Shown piece by piece: positions 1 to 9,532 of a stretch of 20,000 nucleotides of DNA. Made by a program: the position numbers and the translations under genes. The stretch comes from an uncultured virus (IMG/VR IMGVR_UViG_3300009130_000019). Its lineage: Duplodnaviria; Heunggongvirae; Uroviricota; Caudoviricetes. Under the pieces are notes generated by a model. The model saw nothing but the letters and a program-made list of their open reading frames with translations, was not told the origin of the DNA and ran no database searches. Location of the stretch: IMG/VR virus record IMGVR_UViG_3300009130_000019; one strand, 5' to 3'. Position 1 is the stretch's first letter, and every line of letters begins with the position of its first letter.

Positions 1-1
1 A

Positions 2-3000
2 AACCAAAGTGTAGATCTTGATAAGTTTAATACTGAAAAAGATTATTTCATATCTATGCCTAAAGGTTTTTATTTAAATATTACAGTTGTTGAAGATACT
101 GGGAATGTTTTATTTACACTTAAGAAAAAAGAATTTAATGGACAAGAAACTAAAACAGTATTTCAAGACACCTTGACATTTACTAATGAACAAATCACAC
201 AGTTGTCAATTGATAATTTGCAGCAAATATTTGATTATTTTAATGTTCAAATAAAAGATAAATTAGATGATACAATTGCTGAAAATTTCACTCTTACAAA
301 AGAGCAGTTTAGAGTAAATTTTTCTAAAGATTCTACTAATGAAGAAATTGCAGGAGATGTAAAAACTGATTTACAAGCAAGGGTGTATAAGCGTAAAAAT
401 TATAAAATACAAGCTTCTACTGAGGCTATAGAGCAAATTAAAAACCCTCCTGTTAACACAAACAACAATAATAATAGCAATGCTAATAATCAAAACTCTA
501 ATAAATCAGACTTAGATAAAAAGATAGAAGAGATTAATTATATAAGAGAAGGTGCTAAATTGTTAATTGATTCAACTAAACTAGCAAATGTTGTTAGGCA
601 ATCAAATATTCAAAATACCAAGGAAGGGCTTGAAAATATTGTTAAGTTTTTAAATAATACGTTTTCAGATACATATAAACTTATAGAATTTGATGGAAAT
701 CAACTTACCTTGTCTAGGAATGGTATAGAATTTAAAATACCTTTTTCAGAAAATAAGCTAGGAGGGGGTGCAATTTATGTATTCGACTTTAATATAAATG
801 ACATTATAGATGCTAAATATAATGCAGAAATAGCAGCATTAACTTTAAATAACAACAATCCAGAATTTAGTAGAGATGATTTAGAGAATCAATTAAGAGA
901 ATTAGAAGATCAAGAACAAAAAAAGAGAAATGAAATAAACAAGCTTAAAAGAAAGCTTAAAAAACAAACTGATCAAAATAAGATTAATTCTATTACTCAA
1001 AAAATAAATGAGTTAGAAGCTGAAGAATTACAATTAGATAAGAAAATATCTGAAATAAATAAACAGCTCAATGAAATTATTGGGAAAGTTATTAATAAGT
1101 CTCATACTAAATATTCAGTAGAAGATATAGATACATTTATAAATTGGCTTAAAGATAATCTACCAAGCTTTATTACAGTTGAAGATATTGATACCCTTAA
1201 AGACAATATGTTACGTGGAGGAAAAAGAGTGGGTGGGTTTATGATGGACATAAGAAAGATAGCTGGAAAGATTAAATCTGGCGGAGTTATCTTTACTAAA
1301 GATGCAAATCCAGGAAAGTATCATGAAGCTTTTCACGCTGTATTTAGATTATTGCTTACAAATGAGGAAATTAGAAACTATTTACAAATAGCAGAAAAAG
1401 AAGTAAGGGAAAAATTAAGAAAAGAAGGTAAAACCTTAGACCAAGAACTTGAGTTGTTTAAAAATATTGATATAAGGTTTGATACATATTCTAAAAAACA
1501 GTTAAAGGAAAGATATTTAGAAGAGTATATGGCAGACGAGTTTGATTTATTTAAATCAAATCCAAGATCTACAAAAACAAACTCTTTCATCAAAAGTCTT
1601 TTTAATAGAATTGTAGAAATAATTAAGAATGTATTATCTTATTTTAGAAAGTCTGATAATGTAGCTTATAATAATCTTAATGAATTATTTATGGCTATTG
1701 ATTCAGGGAAATATAAGTCTGCAAATCTAATGGATAACAGATTTACAGAAACGTTTTCTCCAGGGACTTCAGAAATTATTAACACTTTAGTTCCGTATAA
1801 GAAAAGATCTGGTGGAGAATTAGTGTATCTTGATAGTGATACAAGTGATGCTTTAGTAAATCAAATTTATGCAAGAGTTTTAGTTCAACAAGAAAACAGG
1901 CCTGGTGTTACCATAGATGAACTTATGGATGAAAGCATTGAAAAATTTAATGACTTATATGAGCGACAGATAGAAGACTTAGAAGAAAATGATCCTGAAA
2001 ATAAAAAAATTAGCAGATATAATAATGTTCTTGAAGCATTAGATAATTTTAGAAAGGATATTAAGATCAATATAAATGAAAGGCTTAAATACATAAATCT
2101 TACACAGGAGAATATTGATAATGCTGAAGATGACAGTCTATATGAAATAGGAGAGAACACATCTAACTATGGTCTTAAACAAGAGATGATAGGTGCTGAA
2201 AAGTCTATGCCTAATTTTGTAAGAAAATATTTTGCTTCTACAACAATGGAAAAAAGGGATATGTTTGGTAATACATATCTCACCGAAGATACTATTGATG
2301 AGAATGGAGATATAGTTAAAGGAGAAAAAATAGTTTCCACACCAAATGTTGCAGAGGCATATAATGGATTCTTAAGAGCAACTAGTGATATATTTAATCA
2401 TTCAGAAATGCTTACCAAACTTGTAGTATTTACCGAGTCAAGTAATTTTGAATCTAAAGCAATTATAGATAGGTTGCTTAAAGATGTAGGTATGACAAGA
2501 GAGCAAATCCTTCAAGATGGAATAGATGAAGGATCTTTTATAGCTCTAAGTCTTGATAATGTTAGTAAAAAACCATATTTATTACATAGAGTATTAAAGT
2601 CTTTTGAGAATAGCATGTTTACATATAACATGTCAGTATATGATAAAAACACAAACCAATCATATACATATAATCCAATGACTTATTCTGCAAGAACTGC
2701 TCAAATAGAAAGGTGGAGTATTGGAAATGTTGCTGCTATAAAAAAACCAGAGGCAGAGAATTTTACAAAAGTAAAGAAAGCTCGTACAATATTTCAAAAT
2801 AAAAAAGTTAGGACTGATCAAAGTTTATTGGAAGACTCAAGGTTAATAGCGGAATTAATTGAAGATGGTGTAGGCATTTCATTAAGCCCTTTGTATATAC
2901 AGTATTCTATAGCAAAAAGTCAAGCACATACAATAAAACAAAGATATTTACGTAATGCTTTTGATAAAAGAGATCCTATAACAATAAGTGATTTGGAACA

Positions 3001-6000
3001 GTTATCATTTTTTGCTTTCACAGGCAATGCTATTTTTGTAAAAGATGCAGAAAAAGATATATCTAAAATTTATAGAAGATTAGCTTATAATAATATTGCT
3101 TTTGATGAAACTATAGGAACTACAACATTTTTAAATCCTGAAAATGAAAGAATATATGCTCACCAATTACCAACCTTTAATGCAAAGTTTGCTAAAGACC
3201 TAAATGAAAACTATCTTGATTTTTTAAATTATTTAGTTGAAAATGATTCAATCTTAGAATATAATCATTTAGTTAACCAGGAAGACTTTATAGAGTTTGT
3301 TGAGAATGGCGGGTTTAAATATGAAAGAATAGGTGGGTATTCTATTAAAGAATCTTCTGAAGACAGTTCATCTGGGTCATTTATAAATAAAGGTAAGTCA
3401 TATGGTAAGTTAACAATGGAAGAGTTTTTAACTATTTTATTAATGAATTACACCTCTAATATAACAGGTTCCGGTAGGTTTTCAGATTCAAAAATTCCAG
3501 CATCACCAATATTTACAAGAGTTGCAGAAACTTCAAGGACGGGACCAGAATTTCAAATGCCTATATATAAAGCCATTGAAGAAGATAGTAGTATTACCGA
3601 TAAAGCAATATATGATTTCTACAATTATATTAAAGGAGAGTTTTTAAGAATACAAAAAGAGAGTGCTGAAAATGCAAACACAAAGTTAATAAATAAATAT
3701 AATGCTATAATAAGCGATGTTACTGGTGAGCTTGTTAGAGATGAAAATAAAGAAGGCACAGCATTTAGACTATATAAAACATCAGCTGTTTTAAATAATA
3801 ATTTAGTTCAGGTAGAAAAAATAGAAAACCCTGCCACTGACAAGCTTGTGTATGATGTTATTAGTAAGTCTCCAAAGGGACAGGTAACAATAAGCAAAAC
3901 ATCAGAATTAGCAAACTCTTTAGAAAGAGATGAGAATTTTGCAAATAAAATTAAAATAAAAAAAGAGGAAAATCAACAAGAAATAGATTACAAAAGAACA
4001 TATTTAATTTATGTTGGAGAAAGTAAAGATGGATATATATTTGATTATGATAATAATTATGATGAATATATAGACAAGTCAATTACAGATAAGATTGAAA
4101 GACTTGCTTTAGATCCAGAAAATCAAGGTAGAGATTTTGAAGAAATAATGTCAGAGGAATTTACTGACAATTTAGAAAATATATTTGATCCATTAAATCC
4201 CAAAACAAAAATATCTGTACCTGCTTTTGTAAGAGAAAAATTAGAAGCTGAATTTGAAAAGTTTAAATCTATACTTCAAGATGAAAATATTAATTATTTA
4301 AATCCAGAATCTGAACTATATAATATCATTAATGGAACTCTTGTTGATCAAGAAAGATTAGATTCTTCAAATATAGAATATAATAAATTAGTTAATCAAA
4401 ATGCAGAAAAAAGCAGAAAGGTATTAAATCTTAAAAACAATTTATCTAATATTAGAAATTCTAATATTACTATTGATCATAATCTTAAACAAATATTTTT
4501 TAATCATTACTTTAATAATTTTGCATTAAATCAATTGTTATTGGGTGATCATGCTAAACTATTTGATAGTTATCAAAAAGAAATAAAAAGGGGTAAGGCT
4601 GGAGAATCTGCAGGGGCAAGTGCTTATTCAGAATTATTTGATAGCAAACTTGGAGTACATGAGCCAGTAAAAGAGTTTGACATGTTGGTTTTTAATGAGC
4701 CAAAAAATGAATCTTCATTAACAGGGGAAAAGCTAGATGAAGCTGATGGTCAGCTGTATATGACTGTTAAAGCATTTAGATATTTTTGGTTTGGCATAGC
4801 AAAACTTTCACCTAATCAAGCGGCATTACTTGACAAAATAGAAAAAGGGGAAAAACTAACTGCAGAAGAAATATGGGGAACTTTAAAAGGCGGTTATAGA
4901 TCTGGGGGTGCTGTTAAGAATGGTGAAATGCTCAACCCTAAAAAACTTGTGTATAATGATGCAGAAGTAATGGTAAAGATGTCTGCTTATGTTTTAAGAA
5001 AAGAAGATACATCTGAAAAATTTAATAATACCTGGGTAGCAAAGCCACATAAATTATTGCTACATAATCTTAGGGAGAAATTAGAAAAGCATGAAAAAGA
5101 ACATGGTGCACCAACTGTTGCTGCTCCATTATCTGCAGTTAAAAAAATGCAGGCTAGTGTAAATGGGTTGCTCAGGATGATATCTAATGATCAACAAGAT
5201 AGTGATTTAGGTGTAATGAAGTTAGATGCAAAATACTTTCTTCAACAACAAGTTAACCCTTCTAATAAAACTATTATTACAGACCCTACGCAGATTACAT
5301 TCTTATTAGAAAATGAGCAAGATGATAATCATGTAGTATTAATAAATGGGGAGGAATTTAAAATATCAGAAATTAAAGAATCTTTTGAGAAAAACAAGAG
5401 TGATATTTTAAAGTTTAATTATGCTAATAAAAAAGCATTAATGTTTGATGAAGCTATTGGCGAGTTTAAGAAGTTTAAAAAGACAAGTGAAATGACACCT
5501 AATCTTTTAAGCTTTTTAAGATACGCAGAAGAGTCATTGAAGTCTTCTAATTCATCAAGTGAAATTCTTCAATATTTTAATCTTAGTGAAGATGCTTATA
5601 GAACAGGCTTATTAAACAATCCTATAAGTATAAAAAAATACGAAGAGTTATTACTATCATATTTTAGCAAGTCTATTTTAAAACAAAAAATTCCTGGCTC
5701 TCAATATACAATGAGATCTGATTTTGGAGATAGAGTATACAGAAGGGTGTATTCTTATAGAGAAATAGAATTAAATGGCAAGGCTTATTATATACCAGAT
5801 AAACAAGAAGTAATTAGAGAAGAAGTAGCATTAAAAGAAATACGTAATTCTTATCAGTTACATATTGATCTTGACCCTGGCACAAACACAATATCAGATA
5901 ATGCGGGAAGTGATAGAAATTTAAAAGGTCTTAAAAGTCTGATTGATAAAGACACAAAAAATGAAGGTGTTATTATTATTGACCGTCTAAGGTATGATAT

Positions 6001-9000
6001 GACTGAATATACTTATGAAAACATTAATGATCTTGATAGTTGGACACCAACAGGTGAAAAATATACTGAGGCTATTACTGCAATTATAGACCCGGAAGTG
6101 TATGAGAAATTACAGATTGTTAAGAAAACATCTATGCAACTTGAGCAAGGTTTTAAACAGTGGATAAGTTTAAAGAATTATCCTACTAAAGGAGGGTTGC
6201 TTATAGCTAGAAAAGATAAGAAAAAATACAATGAAGAAAAAGAAAGAATAAACTATGCTAAACAAGAAAATGCTTGGTATGACAAAAAAAATAAAATGTT
6301 TGTACCAAAAGGATTTGAGAAAATACCTGATGTTTTAGCTAAGTTATTTGCCCTTAGAATACCTACCCAAGACAAGCATTCGGCTCTGGCTGTAAAAATT
6401 GTTGATTTTATGTCAGCAACTAATGGGTCAACTATTACTACAGCAAGAGAAATTGTTGAAGTGTCTGGAGCTGACTTTGATATTGATAAATTGTTTGCTC
6501 AATTTAAAGAGTTTGTATATGACAAAGAAACTAAAAACTTTGTTGAAGTTGGTATAAGGCCGGGAGAAGAGTTTTATGATTACATAAAAGTTATAAATAA
6601 AAAAGTAAATACTCCAGGTACAATATTTTTTGAAGCTTATGAAAAATACAAACTAGGCAATGGCTTTCCATCTACTATATCTTATACTGACAAACAAATA
6701 AAAATAGCTAAAAAAATTGGTTTTAATGAAAAAGCTTTTAAGGCTTTAGTAATGTTGGATTTGCCAACAACATTAGAAGACTTTAACCAATATTATATTG
6801 ATAATGAAAAAACATATCCATTTGATTCTATTAATCAAAATAAAGTTTTAGATGCAAAATATGCCCTTGTTGGCAATACTGCTATTACTAGTAAGTCTAA
6901 GTTGTACTTAGCACCTGATGGAACACTTAGCCGTACAAAAGAAGATGATTCCTATAAAGAAATAGAAGTAGAGCTGCCAGCTGTAGCTTATCAACCTGCA
7001 ACTATGGATGCTTTAAAAGAATCACTTGAAGATTTTAAAAGAAAGTTTCCTGATTGGGCAAAAACTGTAATAGATGATATTTTTGACAATGATACATTAA
7101 CTGGCCTAATGTTAGCATATAGGAACAATCAAGTTGGTTCAAGGCTTATTGGTGCCTCGGTACTACCAAATACATATTTGCCAAAGCTTGGTACGCTTGG
7201 TATATCAATCAATGAAAATTTTGCATTAGATATAAATGGTATAACTTTTAATAAGTTTGGTTCTATACTTGAAATGAAATCAGATGGAGCATTTGGTAGA
7301 AGATCACAAGATAATATGTCTGCTCTTATTACAGCAATGACAGATAACGCAACAGAACAATATGCTGGTAAATTTAATATAAATATAAATTCATTAGGTA
7401 TATTATCTAATATGGTTATGCTTGGGGTTCCTTTGCAAACAGGTCTTATGATGATTATTAATCCAGAAATACTTAATCTCTATAAGATAAGTACAGGAGG
7501 TAGGCAGTTCAAAGAAAATCTAAGTGGTTTAATGCAAAGGATAAATAACTATTTTGAAGAAAATACTATAACTACAGTAAGTAATATTTCTAATTCACAA
7601 TTAGAATATCTTGTTAATTCTGATATGAATGCTGAAGATATACTAGATGATATAGATAACATAAATGAAAATAAAATTGAATATCTTAAAAACTTATATT
7701 CTCTTTTACAAAATTATCAAAAAGGTAATAATTTGGCAGATTATAACTATAGTTTAGGAACTTTATTTTCTTTGCAAAAAGGTGTTAGTGACGTTGATTC
7801 CATGACTAAAATAGATGAAGCAATTGATAATTTAGGACTAGAAAAAGATTCAAAAAAACTTGATCCAAAAGAACATCCTTTTGATGCCAAAAAATTATTT
7901 GTAGATAAATCTATGCCATTAAATAAAATTGTTAGAACTTACTATGATATATATAAAGATATTAAAAATGATATTTTGCCCAATGTAGTGATGACTCAAA
8001 CAAAAATGTTTAAAGATTTATTCCAGTCAATAATTTCTAAAGATGTTATAGGTTTTATAACTAGAGATGGAAAGAAGAAACTAAAATATGATCTTGCTGC
8101 TTATGCTCAAATAAAAGCATATATGCAATATGTTTTTGAAAATAAACAAGGGACAAGCTATTCTAACCTAACAAATAATTTAATATATCCCTTTGATCAA
8201 TATGGTGATTCAAATGCAGATTCTATAACAACTATATATGATGAGATTGTTGATAAGAATCCAGATTTAGAAAATAACTTTTTTGTATATCAGTTTGTAA
8301 GGCCGATTATAGCAGATCCTAATATAAATACATATGACATTCATATGCTGGCCAATAATATGATGAGCAAAATACCCGATCATAAAAAAAGAGATGTTAT
8401 TGATGATTTTGTTAAATTATATAAAAACAACAAAACAAAATCTTTGGCTGTTCAAATATTTAATTATTTATTAGTTAAAGATGGATTACAATATAGTAGA
8501 GATTCTATTATGCAAGCTTTGGCACCTATAGTAATGCAAGACTTTACAGAGGTTGTTGGAGAGACATTTGAAAGATTTAAGGATGGACCTGTTGATATTG
8601 ATGGGATGTTTAATGAATTCATTACAAATTATTTTATGAGTTCTAATATTTACTTTAACCCAAATTTTGGTATTAAGAAAAGAAAAGAAGTAGAATCAAT
8701 ATCTAATGCTGATTTATATTCTGCTGAATATAATAATGATAGGATAGAATTTATTGACACGGACAGAAATGATATTTATGTAATTAATCCTTATGGTATA
8801 AACCAAACATCTGGTTTTATCACAAGAAATATGTTTGATAAAACTCAATCAGAAATAGATTTTGCTGTGAAAAAATTATATCCTTCAAAAGAAAAGGGTG
8901 TTGGATTTTTTAAAGCTGGTGGTAAAAGTATACAGTTTAAATTTCCAGCTATAATACAAGTAGAAAATATAGTAGAAGGTGAAAAAGTAATACAGTCTTA

Positions 9001-9523
9001 TAAGCTTACCAGTCTGGTTTCCCAGAACAAAACAGAACAGGTTATAAATGTAGATAATAGATCATACTTAGGCTATTATGCAGAATACACACCAGTTCAA
9101 CCAGAGGGTTCTAAGTTGCAATGGGGTGGCGGGTTTGTATTTGGAGAAAGGCCCTCTTTTGAACAACTAAAAGCTTTTTCTGGTAGTGAAGGTATTCAAA
9201 ATACACAAGAAGACACTACATCAAAGTTTGATTTTTCTGTTGATGATGTAGTATTTGACAAGCAAGAATTTGATGTGGAAAAAGAGGAACTACTAAAGTT
9301 GTTTAAAGATAATCTACGTGGTAAAATATTTTCATATAATGAGCCTACTTATGTAAAATATGTTAATGATAAAATGAAAGCACTTAATGTAAATTTTAAA
9401 AGTTTTGATGATTTTGTTAAATTTATGATTAAGTTTAGAAAAGACAGTGATTTTGACACTGCTAGTATGAAAGAATTCTATAACTGTAATGGTCTTGGAT
9501 TCTTAGGCAATTTACCTTTTTAA
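2..9523 (+). CDS. Giant virion-packaged DNA-dependent RNA polymerase (single chain, two double-psi beta-barrels) with N-terminal zincin metallopeptidase domain; 5'-truncated
   Basis: Frame is open from base 2 (NQSVDLDKFNTEKDYFIS before the Met at 56), so the real start is probably upstream of the window. Motifs: HEAFH 1322-1336 and EEYMADEF 1520-1543 (zincin); ADGQ 4742-4753, KMS 4976-4984, SAVK 5132-5143 (beta-like barrel); RIPTQ 6356-6370 and SGADFDIDK 6464-6490 (beta'-like catalytic loop). The DFDID variant is characteristic of crAss-like RNAPs such as phi14:2 gp66. Confidence 0.9.
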   Translation, partial: NQSVDLDKFNTEKDYFISMPKGFYLNITVVEDTGNVLFTLKKKEFNGQETKTVFQDTLTFTNEQITQLSIDNLQQIFDYFNVQIKDKLDDTIAENFTLTKEQFRVNFSKDSTNEEIAGDVKTDLQARVYKRKNYKIQASTEAIEQIKNPPVNTNNNNNSNANNQNSNKSDLDKKIEEINYIREGAKLLIDSTKLANVVRQSNIQNTKEGLENIVKFLNNTFSDTYKLIEFDGNQLTLSRNGIEFKIPFSENKLGGGAIYVFDFNINDIIDAKYNAEIAALTLNNNNPEFSRDDLENQLRELEDQEQKKRNEINKLKRKLKKQTDQNKINSITQKINELEAEELQLDKKISEINKQLNEIIGKVINKSHTKYSVEDIDTFINWLKDNLPSFITVEDIDTLKDNMLRGGKRVGGFMMDIRKIAGKIKSGGVIFTKDANPGKYHEAFHAVFRLLLTNEEIRNYLQIAEKEVREKLRKEGKTLDQELELFKNIDIRFDTYSKKQLKERYLEEYMADEFDLFKSNPRSTKTNSFIKSLFNRIVEIIKNVLSYFRKSDNVAYNNLNELFMAIDSGKYKSANLMDNRFTETFSPGTSEIINTLVPYKKRSGGELVYLDSDTSDALVNQIYARVLVQQENRPGVTIDELMDESIEKFNDLYERQIEDLEENDPENKKISRYNNVLEALDNFRKDIKININERLKYINLTQENIDNAEDDSLYEIGENTSNYGLKQEMIGAEKSMPNFVRKYFASTTMEKRDMFGNTYLTEDTIDENGDIVKGEKIVSTPNVAEAYNGFLRATSDIFNHSEMLTKLVVFTESSNFESKAIIDRLLKDVGMTREQILQDGIDEGSFIALSLDNVSKKPYLLHRVLKSFENSMFTYNMSVYDKNTNQSYTYNPMTYSARTAQIERWSIGNVAAIKKPEAENFTKVKKARTIFQNKKVRTDQSLLEDSRLIAELIEDGVGISLSPLYIQYSIAKSQAHTIKQRYLRNAFDKRDPITISDLEQLSFFAFTGNAIFVKDAEKDISKIYRRLAYNNIAFDETIGTTTFLNPENERIYAHQLPTFNAKFAKDLNENYLDFLNYLVENDSILEYNHLVNQEDFIEFVENGGFKYERIGGYSIKESSEDSSSGSFINKGKSYGKLTMEEFLTILLMNYTSNITGSGRFSDSKIPASPIFTRVAETSRTGPEFQMPIYKAIEEDSSITDKAIYDFYNYIKGEFLRIQKESAENANTKLINKYNAIISDVTGELVRDENKEGTAFRLYKTSAVLNNNLVQVEKIENPATDKLVYDVISKSPKGQVTISKTSELANSLERDENFANKIKIKKEENQQEIDYKRTYLIYVGESKDGYIFDYDNNYDEYIDKSITDKIERLALDPENQGRDFEEIMSEEFTDNLENIFDPLNPKTKISVPAFVREKLEAEFEKFKSILQDENINYLNPESELYNIINGTLVDQERLDSSNIEYNKLVNQNAEKSRKVLNLKNNLSNIRNSNITIDHNLKQIFFNHYFNNFALNQLLLGDHAKLFDSYQKEIKRGKAGESAGASAYSELFDSKLGVHEPVKEFDMLVFNEPKNESSLTGEKLDEADGQLYMTVKAFRYFWFGIAKLSPNQAALLDKIEKGEKLTAEEIWGTLKGGYRSGGAVKNGEMLNPKKLVYNDAEVMVKMSAYVLRKEDTSEKFNNTWVAKPHKLLLHNLREKLEKHEKEHGAPTVAAPLSAVKKMQASVNGLLRMISNDQQDSDLGVMKLDAKYFLQQQVNPSNKTIITDPTQITFLLENEQDDNHVVLINGEEFKISEIKESFEKNKSDILKFNYANKKALMFDEAIGEFKKFKKTSEMTPNLLSFLRYAEESLKSSNSSSEILQYFNLSEDAYRTGLLNNPISIKKYEELLLSYFSKSILKQKIPGSQYTMRSDFGDRVYRRVYSYREIELNGKAYYIPDKQEVIREEVALKEIRNSYQLHIDLDPGTNTISDNAGSDRNLKGLKSLIDKDTKNEGVIIIDRLRYDMTEYTYENINDLDSWTPTGEKYTEAITAIIDPEVYEKLQIVKKTSMQLEQGFKQWISLKNYPTKGGLLIARKDKKKYNEEKERINYAKQENAWYDKKNKMFVPKGFEKIPDVLAKLFALRIPTQDKHSALAVKIVDFMSATNGSTITTAREIVEVSGADFDIDKLFAQFKEFVYDKETKNFVEVGIRPGEEFYDYIKVINKKVNTPGTIFFEAYEKYKLGNGFPSTISYTDKQIKIAKKIGFNEKAFKALVMLDLPTTLEDFNQYYIDNEKTYPFDSINQNKVLDAKYALVGNTAITSKSKLYLAPDGTLSRTKEDDSYKEIEVELPAVAYQPATMDALKESLEDFKRKFPDWAKTVIDDIFDNDTLTGLMLAYRNNQVGSRLIGASVLPNTYLPKLGTLGISINENFALDINGITFNKFGSILEMKSDGAFGRRSQDNMSALITAMTDNATEQYAGKFNININSLGILSNMVMLGVPLQTGLMMIINPEILNLYKISTGGRQFKENLSGLMQRINNYFEENTITTVSNISNSQLEYLVNSDMNAEDILDDIDNINENKIEYLKNLYSLLQNYQKGNNLADYNYSLGTLFSLQKGVSDVDSMTKIDEAIDNLGLEKDSKKLDPKEHPFDAKKLFVDKSMPLNKIVRTYYDIYKDIKNDILPNVVMTQTKMFKDLFQSIISKDVIGFITRDGKKKLKYDLAAYAQIKAYMQYVFENKQGTSYSNLTNNLIYPFDQYGDSNADSITTIYDEIVDKNPDLENNFFVYQFVRPIIADPNINTYDIHMLANNMMSKIPDHKKRDVIDDFVKLYKNNKTKSLAVQIFNYLLVKDGLQYSRDSIMQALAPIVMQDFTEVVGETFERFKDGPVDIDGMFNEFITNYFMSSNIYFNPNFGIKKRKEVESISNADLYSAEYNNDRIEFIDTDRNDIYVINPYGINQTSGFITRNMFDKTQSEIDFAVKKLYPSKEKGVGFFKAGGKSIQFKFPAIIQVENIVEGEKVIQSYKLTSLVSQNKTEQVINVDNRSYLGYYAEYTPVQPEGSKLQWGGGFVFGERPSFEQLKAFSGSEGIQNTQEDTTSKFDFSVDDVVFDKQEFDVEKEELLKLFKDNLRGKIFSYNEPTYVKYVNDKMKALNVNFKSFDDFVKFMIKFRKDSDFDTASMKEFYNCNGLGFLGNLPF
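1322..1640 (+). other. Zincin-like metallopeptidase domain within giant ORF1, catalytic residues apparently intact
   Basis: HEAFH (HExxH), a downstream EExxAxxF helix that could supply the third ligand, then an amphipathic helix FIKSLFNRIVEIIKNVL. This layout is typical of metallopeptidase domains in phage polyvalent proteins. Confidence 0.8.
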
Positions 9524-9532
9524 TAATTTATT

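Noticed and set aside
56..58. ATG 56 as the start of the RNAP gene
   Set aside because: The frame is open and coding-like back to base 2, so the gene most likely starts upstream of the window.
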